A stretch of 24,539 bases of DNA from Vezdaea acicularis (Eukaryota): assembly GCA_026025075.1 (NCBI GenBank), contig JAPEUI010000017.1:186001-210539 (forward strand). The letters run 5' to 3'. The position numbers and the translations under genes were made by a program. The notes under the pieces were generated by a model. That model was not told where the DNA came from. It worked only from the letters and a program-made list of their open reading frames with translations, and did no database searches. This document shows, piece after piece, positions 1-10,522 of this stretch; the stretch's first letter is position 1, and each line of letters opens with the position of its first letter.

Positions 1-687
1 CTTGCTTTGCTTAGCAACAATGGCTTCTGATTACTTGTAGAGTCCTTAGCCTTTGTCGTCTATGAAACGACCCGAGCGGTCCACTGGCAGCCGCACGCTG
101 GGACTGCCGTCACCAGAAGTCAAAGGAGTATAGGTAAACCCTTCGAAAAAGTCTAGCAGGTATGGTAAAAGAAAAGGGAGATATAGTATCTCCAAGAATC
201 GCAATCAAGGAACAGAAAATTTGTGAGTGGGCTTGGAGTAGTGCCACTGGAATCGTTGCCACCATGTACGGAGTGGTTGTAGGCTGACCAGAATCGTACG
301 CGAGTCCGCTTGCCTTCACACCCTAGCCAACACACCAGCTCGACTTAGTGTTAGATCTGGTGAGAGTTCTTATCGCTATACCTTTACCTATTTGTGGCTA
401 CTTTACAAGAGCCAACTGACGCAAGTGTCCCATTAGAGCGAAGAGTGAAGCGAGTTCTTAGCATTAATAATTCACCTTCGTACGAGCACGGAAGTGAGAT
501 ATATCAAGGACAGATAGAAAAACTAGAGATTTGATGAATCTTGATTCAGTCCATGGGACTAAAGCGGTATTCATCTATTTGGAAAAAGGCAGGATATGAG
601 GTGTTAATTCGCAGACTCCGTCCAGGTTTTGCAACCATATCCAAGATCACCATCTGACGCCATATGCTATGCATGAATACCCTGCCC

Positions 688-2945
688 TTAGCGTCCTATA
701 CCGATTTCGTACCCGAGGAGGACTTCGGTGGTGGCCCCTTCCCATCCTCGGTTGCCAGCCGTGGAAATTAAGTACCTACAACTAGGGTCAATGTACAGAG
801 ATGAAATAACACCACCACGATGGCCTGGGACAATAAGAAATGGGACTGTAGAGTGTTTGATAGTTTGCTGTTCTTCCAGGTCGTAAAGACGTAGAATATC
901 GAATGATGCACTAAGGAGTCAGTTATTACTTCTATTGATAACAAATCTACGGCTAGCAGTCTTACCATATTAGATGTTTTCCGTTCGGCATGGCACGTAC
1001 TGCACTGACGGGGCCGCTGCCTTGAGGAAACTTGAACGTTCGCTCAGCTCCGCGAAAGCCTTTATGCAGCGAGAACTCTTCAACGGCTCCGTTTCTTCGG
1101 CCAGCATAGATATAATTACCGTCCGGCGACCAGCATGCATTCATGCACCATGGAGGAACATTCTTCGGTAATATAGTCGCAATCGGATTAGGCTGCCGTC
1201 TATCCCAAATACGAAGACTGCCATCATAGGAAGCAGCCATAAACGTTGTGTCAGAAGTAAGAGCCGTCTCTTGCGCAGCAGAGGAGCTCAGGGGATCCCG
1301 CCCTCCTGAAGGTGCCTGCACTTCTTCACTATGTGGCGCACCGTTTGACGGGTTATTAGCACCATTCGATGTTTCGCCGTTGGTAATCTTAGGGGAACCT
1401 GATTGGCGCTGCTCATCCGCTGACATCTCATTTCGAGGAGTTGGTTGACGTGACCCGAGCGTGTTTGTTGAACCATCCATGTTCGTGTCTCCCTCGACGT
1501 CTTCATCTCGCCGGGGTTGCTCGTCGGCCATGGCTCGAGAGAACTCATATGCATCATCGTCTCCATCATCTCCAAACAGCGAATTACCTCCGTCGTTAAA
1601 GAGCGAATTAGCTGGAGATCCTTGGGCGTCTTCGGTATCGTTTTCCTCCGTAGAGTTTCCATTACTTACACCATGCGGGATGCCATTCGTGACCACTCCA
1701 TTCTGAAGGGGCGGATCGGCGTTGTTAGAGTTGAAAGTCCCATTGGTCATTACAGCTGAATGTAAATGCTCGGGAACGGGTAGAGTAGACACTGGCCGAG
1801 GCTCAAGGACAGAGATTTGTCCGCCACTTCCTTCAAATCCACGTTTGACTTTGCCAGTATTAAGATCCCAGTCAAACACGTTCTTGTCCCAACTACCTGA
1901 CAATACTGACTTTTCATCCTGAGACAGAGTCAGAACAGAGACGGCGGACGTATGCTGTCTTAAACAAGTAATGCGTTTTCCTTCATCATGTCGAACAGAC
2001 TGCAAGTTTATGCCACCTGAGTCTAGTCCTGATAGTAGCCAGAGGCCTTGTGACTCTACGGCTAATGAGTAAACTGGGGAAAGTGATAGGTTGTCGTCTA
2101 CCGGTTGCACAAGGGGACTTTTCACTAAGCCCGGTGCTTCGGTTAGCCTTCTGCTCACCTCTCCCCTAGCCAGGGCTTGTACTTACCTTGCGGCTCTTCA
2201 TTTTCCCAGTAACTCATCAAAACACCTGCCTTAGTCACACTATCGACGAAGGGATGCCTTTGGGCTACTGTCAACATGACCTTGCCATTTGCCGTGTCTA
2301 TCCAATTGAACTTCCGGATGTAACCATCAGCTCCCCCACTGAACACCCATCGCAAATCAGGGGTAGCGGTAATCGCATTGATCGAAGTGCTGTGAGGTGC
2401 CGCAATAGTTGGAACAATATCATAAAAGGCGGCTGTTAGGGCTTCCGGTCGTATTGTCGGTCGTAGGGAAATTGAGCCCGACAGAAGCCCTCGGTCCCCC
2501 CCAGACATTGGGGTTACTGTAGCTTGCGATGCTGGATTTGAAGTGGGCGCCAGCTGAGTTGTGCTGAGAGAACCCCCAGAAGTTTGACCCGGCAAGGAAG
2601 GGCGAGGTAGGGATGGGGTTGTAGACCCGTTTGGCCTGCTCGGAACACGCGACTGAGAATGCGACTGGGTTGGAGATTCGAAGAGGTCTTGTGTTTCGTC
2701 TTGGTCATCTTCCTCATTATCTTCTGCATCCTCATTCTCGTCATCATCACCATTGCCATCCTGATCCCCGTCTGCATCCATATCAACGTCTACGTCCTCG
2801 GCATCTTCCATGGCCTCATCTTGATCATTGTCGGAGCCCGCGCTTTGAGAGCCTGCATGGAACAGTTAGCAAACAATATAGACAAGGGGAAATGTGTCTC
2901 AATCTAACCATCGCGTTCATCTTCCTCCCCCCCAAAGGACTGCAT
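688..2945 (-). CDS. SPT8: SAGA complex WD40-repeat subunit Spt8 (4 exons: 2945-2909, 2852-2187, 2124-966, 910-688; ~694 aa)
   Basis: The spliced frame is continuous through GT..AG introns with CTAAC-like branch sites (total 2085 nt, divisible by 3). It has an acidic N-terminus, then 'YDIVPTIAAPHSTSINA...WVFSGGADGYIRKFNW...MLTVAQRHPFVDSVTKAGVLMSYWENEE', WD40 repeats (SVLSGSWDKNVFDWDLNTG; SYDGSLRIWDRR) and C-terminal 'VPFLIVPGHRGGVISSLYIDP...STAGNRGWEG'. These match Spt8 motifs as I recall them. Confidence 0.93.
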
Positions 2946-3914
2946 CCCAGCTTAAGGACCGGATGGTCATAAAGTTATCTTTAGTTTTTTAGTGGAAATG
3001 CTTCGTAGGGTCAATGAAAGCCTTTAATCATCAGATGGGCTTGGACTAATACTTGAAGCAATTAGGGTATATGCACAGAAAAGACTTAGGAATAACTATC
3101 AATGAACGGATGAACTGCATTTGCAGGTAACGGACCTGGCGCAGTCTAGAACCCAACTGAATGGCTCCTCCAGATTGTGGATCGCGCTAAGTTCGGGTCT
3201 TCACGCGATCGCTTCAAGGGTTTTGACGGCTAAGCACCTATTTCCTAACTACAATGGGAGACCGAAAGCCGAAAGTATAGGTAGGGGGTTGTATCGTACT
3301 GTAGCACGAGCGTCGAAACATGGGAGGTTGGAAGGCTTCGATCTTCAATCTCGACATTCCGGCAGCCTCCCTAGTTGTGTAATTGGAGATTCCAAGAGTG
3401 CAGTCGCAGGACGCCGTACGTCAGGATGGTTTGCCATAGAGGCCTCAATTAAATCTCAACCGTTGTTCCTCTACATTGCCCCAAAGTGCCACGAAGCTCA
3501 ATCGCCGGGCGACTCAACAGAGACCAGCTTCATGCTATAGTGGTGCATTAGAGCCATCTAATCACATGTACTTATTATTCCATGGCATGCTCGTGTCTAG
3601 GCTGCTCCCAATGAAATGGCGGTGATAGGTGCTGGAGCCCCGCTTGCAAGTGGGGTATCAGTCCTTTCGTGGAGACGGCGAGGATCTCCGACTCCACACT
3701 GATATCTGTGGATTACGCATTAAACATCTTAACATGAACAGGTGCCGCCAGTTTTCTTCCATGTAGAAACAAATAGTAGGTCCACTCCAAAAATGCAAAG
3801 CGTATTCCTATCCTGTACTTACGCCCTCCAGGTTACCTTCGAAAACATAATATAAGCATACACCGGCTCTGGACAAATCAAGCTACAACCTAAGAGCTTT
3901 CAAACAATATAAAT

Positions 3915-4864
3915 ATGGAACCAACTCACATCGAGATGGACCAAGATACGGATACTAAGACTAGCCATTCATTGAAACCTCCACCCGCAACAAATGGTAC
4001 CAGCAAACCCATAACCTTGACAGAACTCTCCAAAAACTTAGAGAGTATCGTTCCCCAGGAATGGTCGGCCAACACCCCTTTCACCCTTACAGGCGACATC
4101 CGTCTAGGGCAAGATGTTCTCAGAATTTGCCAGACCGAGGATAACATAAACAGAAATAGGACTCAGAGCATCCAAACGCTAATTGTTAGTATATCTTCAG
4201 CTTCAAGATTCGTTCAGAGCCCGCGATCTGCTAACTCTATCTTAAACAGGCCCAACAGATCGCCCTGGTAGACTCTACATTCCTCTATCATATGTACTGC
4301 GACAAGCTCCAGCTCTTCAGCCCTCAAATCACCCACGCACTTGCCTCTCAGCCCGGCGCGCAGGGCGCCGGCTCTCGGTTCTACGCTTGCTTCGGATTGA
4401 TGCTCCGTCTGAGCAACAGCACTTACCAGGAGGCGCACGAGTGGCTTCAGAGTCTAGGCGCATCAGCCTCTTCTGATTCCACACCCCAGATCCCCGGCTT
4501 GGGGGCGTTAGCCCCAAATGGCGGAAGCACCAACGTGCCTGGCTGGGACCCAGTTTTCGGAGCTCCCGCAACTCCCGCAACCCCCGCCGCACCAGCGGGA
4601 AATACTTTTAAAATTTCAAAAGGCACCGTCGACTTGATCGTCGACAACCCCAAAGACCCCTGGTATACCTCTCGGTTGAAAGAAATTGGCGATGCGCGTG
4701 GCATCGAGTTGACTCATACGTGGGTTGAGGATAACAGCTCCTTGCAACCTGTCTTCACATGCCGTGCCAAGTTCGGGGAGCTGACCGCAGAGGCAAAGGG
4801 CAGCACGAAGAAGGAGGCGAAGCATAAGTCGTCAAAGGCTCTGCTACCGCTCGTGCAGCGCTGA
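3915..4864 (+). CDS. Hypothetical protein with C-terminal double-stranded RNA-binding motif (dsRBM) (exons 3915-4184, 4250-4864; ~294 aa)
   Basis: Intron GTTAGT(4185)..CTAAC..AAACAG(4249) joins the two ORFs in frame. The C-terminal 'YTSRLKEIGDARGIELTHTWVEDNSSLQPVFTCRAKFGELTAEAKGSTKKEAKHKSSKALL' fits the dsRBM pattern (helix, F-x-C strand, G-x-x-KK-x-A helix). The ATG is in an A-rich context, with a TATA-like sequence at ~3851. Confidence 0.8.
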
Positions 4865-5169
4865 GGAACTTTTGGGTAATAGTCCAAAGGTCGCAGCAGG
4901 AATAGAGGTTAGAATACTTAGGGGCTGCAAGAAATGGTAAAATAGGGAACCGGCATTGGATGGTATATTGGGAGGTTTCGATTTAGATAATGTTTGAACG
5001 GCTTTGAATTTTTCTAAATATTAAGAGAGCTTCCATAGATAACGAATCAGCGTCTGTGCGCCGTTTCCGTCCCTGCCCTAGCGGGTTTGTTTGATTTGAA
5101 CAAAAAGAGAAAGGCTGCTATAGCAAGTCCAACGCCGGGATATCCAAGAATCGGCGATGTGGACGACAG

Positions 5170-5202
5170 TGATGGTGATGATGATGATGACAATGATGGT
5201 GG
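5170..5202. repeat. Imperfect (GAT/GGT)n trinucleotide microsatellite between convergent genes
   Basis: Sequence reads tgatggtgatgatgatgatgacaatgatggtgg. It accounts for the poly-His/poly-Met spurious ORFs here. Confidence 0.6.
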
Positions 5203-5326
5203 TATATATACAAGAGACTCCCGTATCGTCCCGAGCTCTTCCCGAGGGGAAGAGCCACCCTTCTGACACCACAGCCGCCTATGCCCAAAAGTCTGATACA
5301 AATGAAAAGTCGAGAGCGGTGGGATT

Positions 5327-6106
5327 TCACCACACGAGCAACGAGACGGCGAGCCCGGCGAAGAGTGGTAAGAGGGCTAGTCTGTTACTCGTTGCGGCGG
5401 AGCTGCCAGTCAGTGGCATCGTGTAGACGTTGTTGAAGCCGATATCGGACGAGTTAAAGCAGTTTGTCGAGTTGACTTCCGCAACGTCTTCTGGGTTCGC
5501 GAGGGTAACGTCGACGCACTAGAGTCGGTTGTTAGCATATGCGTCAAGAGTATAAGGGTTCGAAGCAACTCACGTTATAGAGCGCTGCGCCGTGAACCGC
5601 CACCTCGATGACTTGAATGGTGATATTGTCGCCGACATTGAAAGTCTGGTTCACCGGCAGAGGGACCTGAGGCAAGCAGAAAGTGCCCGGATAAGGGTTC
5701 CTCGATGGTCCGGTGATCTGGAAGGGTGGGACCATGGGGTTGGAGGCGTTGAGGATCTGGGTTGGGTCGAATTCGTTCCCAAGGATTCCCATATTGATGT
5801 AGAAGAAGGCGGTGGCATGGCCTTGGAACCAGCCGGGCTGTATGGCGATTGCACCGCCTTTGACGGGCCATAACGTGCGGTTACTAGATGTGGGGAGACC
5901 GCCGCCTATGTGATTGAGTTAGAACATGGGGTTCTAGTGAGAATGGGAGGAGGAGCGAACGAACATGGATATTGCCATTGCATGCCGTATGGAAAGGATG
6001 TGTTTGTGTTAAGAGTATCACCGCGCCATCCTGGGTATGTGATGACGGTATGTGCAGATACGGTTGCCGCAAGGGCTAGAAGGGATGATATTATTGTCGA
6101 CCTCAT
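5327..6106 (-). CDS. Secreted, predicted GPI-anchored X325/Bim1-like (LPMO-fold) copper-binding protein (exons 6106-5965, 5905-5574, 5518-5327; ~221 aa)
   Basis: Signal peptide MRSTIISSLLALAATVSA is followed directly by His1 (HTVITYPGWRGD). Further motifs: 'YPCGG...NRTLWPVKGGAI', second His in 'GWFQGH', 'FCLPQVPLP', 'GDNITIQV', 'LYNCVDVT'. The Ser/Ala-rich omega region and hydrophobic C-terminus (LALLPLFAGLAVSLLVW*) indicate a GPI signal. Two canonical introns preserve the frame (666 nt). Confidence 0.85.
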
Positions 6107-7861
6107 GCTTGTGAATATTGGGTTTTAAGCTGACGGGAGCAAGCGGAGAAGTCCTGCTTCTGATTTCGAGTCCGATACCGCGACGCGATGCGGTAAAAGC
6201 TCCAAGTCTCGGTTTCGCTATCACCACGCTCAAACAATCTGCGCGATCGAATAAGAATATGAAGGCGAAGTGGTGAAAGAACGGGAAGCCTTCGTCGTCG
6301 TCGTTATCCTGATGAAGAAGAAAATCGTCTCAACGGCAGCAGTCGCCGCATTTGGGGAGCACTCCTCTTCTTAAGATAGGACAGGTGTGTGTGACCTGCA
6401 TACCCCAAACCCTGACCACTCAACCTCTGAGATGGGCCTCGTCGCACGGCGGCTGTGGTTGCAGCGACGCCGACGGTGCGACGAATTGCGGGCAAGTTCC
6501 TTGGAGTCTCGTTCCACTATCGACCGCTCTCCCTGTCGGGTCGAGGCCGCTGGCGAATGAGAAGCGCGAAGGGAGCGCCGAGCAAGTGGCAGGGATCCTC
6601 GGCGCTTCGCAAAGGGACCGATCTGTATGGCTCGCCCAAGATGCACTTATGCAGCGGGATATGTGCGGGTGAGATTGACGACAACTCCGGCCATGGGCCA
6701 CTTTGCCATGCGCTCAACTGGTAAGAGGCACTGGCGCATCGTTTCTCCAAGTATCGCACAGTCTCAGTCTAGCTTTGAAGCTCTGCTTCTTTTCCCATAC
6801 GGCGTCGGAGCATACGAAGCTCAACCGACGGACCCTTGCGTCCTCGCTTCGCTCTCGTGCCTGCAGCCGCTGGGGTCGTCGAGCTAGAGCCGATAGCGAC
6901 GGGTTCGGTCCGTGGCTGAATTCTGGAGACAAGGCCAATGATCGCCCGTTGCGCAACCTCTTGCGTGAATCCTTCGCGACGTACTGTATGCTGTAGGGGC
7001 CAGATAGGGAAAAAGATGACCTGCTATTGTAGCGTGCTTAGGCATAAGAGCCGTTGCATAGCTGCAGATCGATAAGATCGCGTCCTGCATCGGGGCTTCT
7101 GTAAAGGCCGGTAGAAAGGACAGGTGCAGTTGAGCGGAAATCCTCCGAGGCTTGTATATTCTTTCAAGAAGCAGCAAAGGAAGATATTTGGCGAGCTTGA
7201 TAGCACCGCGGACAGAGCTTCATCCGTATGACTATTCGTACATTGCGTGGACAAGGCGATATTGGCAGACCGCCGCACACTCTTTAGGACTCCTGGACTT
7301 TTGCCTATGGCCGCATAAACTAGAGCCTCTCTCTCTAGACGGCGAGAATGCTTGTTTGCTCCCACTGCCTTTGATGCTTGATATTTTGTGTCCATTGCGG
7401 AGTACTATTAAGGCATGTTGAGCAGCTTTCGGTGATCAGAGATAGATGTAATTCACGACTCAAATGTCAGGCAGGCTCCTGTTCCATTTAGGTTAGATCA
7501 GCTCGAGTATAACCCAAAGAGATGTCGTACCTGGCAAAAGAGCCGTGACAGCACCCGAAAACCTCTCCGTAGACCGAGCGCTAAAAGGCTTGTGGATAGC
7601 CGCTGCATGGGCAATCCACTACCGGGCGGCTACCAAAGGGGGCCCAATTATTTCCCCAAGCAGAACGACTAATCTCGAATGTCTAGGACTGCTTATTGGG
7701 CCATAATCAGGTACTGGGAAGGCCGCGGGCCGCATTCTAAAGAAATGTCCGTTCTGAGATGACTTGACTTGTGGTGGGTGAAGGTGGACAAATCAGAAGG
7801 CTCTTCAGGGCAGGTACATTCCCCATATAACCTGCCGCCAGACGCGCCCCGACCCTTCCCA

Positions 7862-8703
7862 ATGCCGCATACTTCCCGCCGCCGGGCCCCGCCATCCCGG
7901 AAACGTACCCAGCTCTCCGCCGATGGCTGGACCTATATCACCAGTACCAGGCCTATGGCTTCTCTATCCCCGCCTCCTGCCCTACCCTTGAGCAATCCTG
8001 AATCCACGGCTACTTCACCTTCCAATTCGTCACTTGACACACTCAGCAAGTTGTCGAAGGACTTTGAGCGCTTAGAATCAATATGGCTCTCTTCGGCTTG
8101 TCGAGCCAGCGTTCTGCGTATCATACAAGACGGAAAAGATGACGCAGGGACAATTACAACGAGTTCTGTATGCCTCGGGCTAGGAAGTCTCTCAACCGAG
8201 GGGCGGAGAAGGAGTCTGTTCCAGCTCATTGCACTGATGGATATTAACAAGTCACTGGGTAGGACCATCTTCCGCCGTTTATTGGCACGTTTTGGGAGCT
8301 GACGTCCCACCTAGGCATTAGCCAAACATATGCCCAAGATCCTATCTTTGACGATACTGATCATAATTTTCTCTCTTCTCGTGGAGTTACTGTCCTTCCT
8401 TTCCCGTCCGCTGAGACATATGTTGAACCGGCTAGCCTGCTCTTCGCTCCCCATCTAGAGCACGGCGTCTTACTTCCGCTTCTATCTTCGCTTGGAACCC
8501 GGCTCCCAAGTGTGATCATCTGCAATGATATGCAAAGGGTGATGGACAGTGCTCAAACGTGTGCGGAAGACAGGGAGACCGCTCAAGGATTTCTCTCGCA
8601 GTATAAGGAGACACACTGGCCGGACTTTGAGGATGATACGACGGCCTTCAATGACCTGGTTGTTTATAGCCAGCGCAAACCAGAGAAAATCGATAATCAA
8701 TAG
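7862..8703 (+). CDS. SRR1-like (sensitivity to red light reduced / Ber1-like) domain protein (exons 7862-8258, 8315-8703; ~261 aa)
   Basis: Motifs 'DGWTYI', 'VCLGLGSL...SLFQL', 'YAQDPIFDDTDHNFL', 'LLFAPHLE', 'IICND' and 'AFNDL' are typical of fungal SRR1-domain proteins. Intron GTAGGA(8259)..CTGAC..CTAG(8314) keeps the frame. Confidence 0.82.
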
Positions 8704-8880
8704 AAATCAATAGAGTAATACTCAGTTCAGGTTGCCGGATCATATATCTGGTCCCTTATAATCTACCTGCGTCATAAGGCTCAACAGCAGAAACTGCTAA
8801 TCTTCATAATAATATCGTATCCCTTATATAATCTAAACGAGCCATGACCGAATTCCTACACGTATGGAGGTGCTACGCAT

Positions 8881-10522
8881 TTAAGCAAGCGCCCCCATGG
8901 GATCCCACAGCTCGAGCACTGTCGGTTTCTGCTTGAGCACCTCCCTCACCTCCTTGCTAACCACCTGCGGCGTGACCACAGCCTGGTACACAAATTGGTC
9001 CATCCACTCATCGCGCATGACGAACCAGCCTTTATCGCCAGCAGCCTCTCCCCAACTATTCTGCACTCTCCACCTTACAGGTTTCTCATCACTGTCCAAA
9101 TGGACGGCGGTTAGGACCATTGCGTGGGTCATCGCAGACTCTCCAGTTAGGAGTCTCTGTGCTTTACTCATGCCCAGCCTGACATTGAAGCCAAGCTCAT
9201 AGTCCACGAGCTTCGTATCCATGATGCCTGCAGCGCTGTCGGAATACTTCCCGACGTCGCTGCCGAAGAATATGGGAATGCCTTTCTGCAGCGTACGGAT
9301 GCAGGCTGCTTTCATAGTAGCCATGTCCACGTTGACATAGGTTATGCCGCGGCCACCGACGACGTTGCCGAGGCGGTTGACGGACAGGAGAGACATGTAT
9401 TCATTGCGGGGGTCATTGACGAGGGAGAACATCTTGTTGACGTCTGTTCCTGCACACCCCTTTACGGCGTCTTTCGAGGAAAGCTCAGAGGCGAAGGCAC
9501 GAGGGCTCTTCTTGATCGTCTGGAATTTATTGTCTTTGTCATAGAACTCGTAGACGAAGTCCTTGGAAGGGCTTGGAGGTGGGCCGAGAGTAAGCGTCAG
9601 GATCAGGTGGATTTCACGCAGGAAAGCTTCTTTGGTGGCGCGGATATTGGACATATCTAGGATGTCCTTTGAGCAGAGTCTGCGTAGCTCTAGAGCATCT
9701 TCGCGGAGTTTCGTCGTTATGAGACTGTCAATCGTCCGTGAGTTCATAGCTGCAAACGAGTCGGGATAGAGACTATGCGGGACAAGCCCGTATTTCTCTA
9801 CAAGATTCGCAACCATGTCCCATTGTCCGCCATCGCCCACAGGGTCTGAAAGCAGGGTTTGTACCAGCCTACCGCTCAGTTCCTCATCTGCGGTGTCGAT
9901 GATCTGTTCGAGGAAGAAGTTCGCTTTTTCGAGTTTATCCCAGAAAAAGAGGTAGGCTTGCGAGAGCTCAAACTCTGCGAGATTATGCTGCCGCATTAGG
10001 GCAACACGGAAAACATTCGTTGAGGCGAAGAGCCAGCATCTTCCGCTGCTGCGTTGGTTAGTTATAGGAGCACCCTCGAGGGGAATCCTGATGTTGAAAC
10101 TTTGGGTGTCGCTTATGAGAGCTCGTCGGGAGGTGAGCATGTTAGCTGCGGAGGTGTTGGAAAGAGCGGATAGGGCGAGACGATTCTACAAAGTCAGTAT
10201 AGTTGCTTCTCCCAGTCGTGGATATTTGTACCTTAGGATCTTCTAGAAGCTCCTTCTCCCATTGTTCCGTGCTCGATACGGATACCGCTGACGAGCCACG
10301 CGTGTACTGGGGAGCTATTGACGAGTCAACCACGGTTCCTGAAAGAGCCAAACCAGGCTTCTGAAACATACGTCTATCTTGATTCTTTTCCAAAATCACA
10401 TAGTCCCCATCAGTCCGTTTGTGTGCCTCTCCAAGACTAAGTTCAATGGCCCTTAGCCGCTGGGCAAGTTGAATATCGAGCTGTTGCTGCTCCTCGGCTC
10501 CTTTGGATTGGTCTGAGCCCAT
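8881..10522 (-). CDS. LAP3: Bleomycin hydrolase / cysteine aminopeptidase, peptidase family C1B (exons 10522-10372, 10314-10232, 10185-8881; ~512 aa)
   Basis: Catalytic motifs are ITNQRSSGRCWLFA (Cys), MTHAMVLTAV (His) and WRVQNSWG (Asn). It also has 'LSQAYLFFWDKLEKAN', 'DGGQWDM' and the family-typical C-terminus 'LWDPMGALA*'. Confidence 0.95.

Noticed and set aside
1..340. Short ORFs and a possible acceptor (CTGAT..TTGTAG at ~40) suggesting the last exon of an upstream gene
   Set aside because: No recognisable protein motif, and it cannot be resolved without upstream sequence.
531..658. TTGATGA...CTGA pair and small nested hairpins resembling a C/D snoRNA
   Set aside because: Imperfect C box, no convincing terminal stem or identifiable rRNA guide; it lies antisense to the likely SPT8 3' UTR.
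1250..1800. Long acidic/Asn-Ser-rich insertion interrupting the Spt8 WD40 repeats
   Set aside because: To my knowledge this is usual in filamentous-fungal Spt8, so it is not a novelty.
3121..3540. 139-aa ORF with a TTG start in the SPT8/dsRBM divergent promoter
   Set aside because: Non-ATG start, no recognisable domain, random-like composition.
6304..6996. Dense cluster of overlapping 60-106 aa ORFs on both strands
   Set aside because: GC-rich promoter DNA upstream of the X325-like gene; no motifs or coherent gene structure.
7024..7395. Minus-strand ORF containing 'RRLEREALVYAAIGKSPGVLK', reminiscent of kinase subdomains III-IV
   Set aside because: No HxD/DFG-type motifs were found nearby in the frames examined; too short to call a pseudogene.
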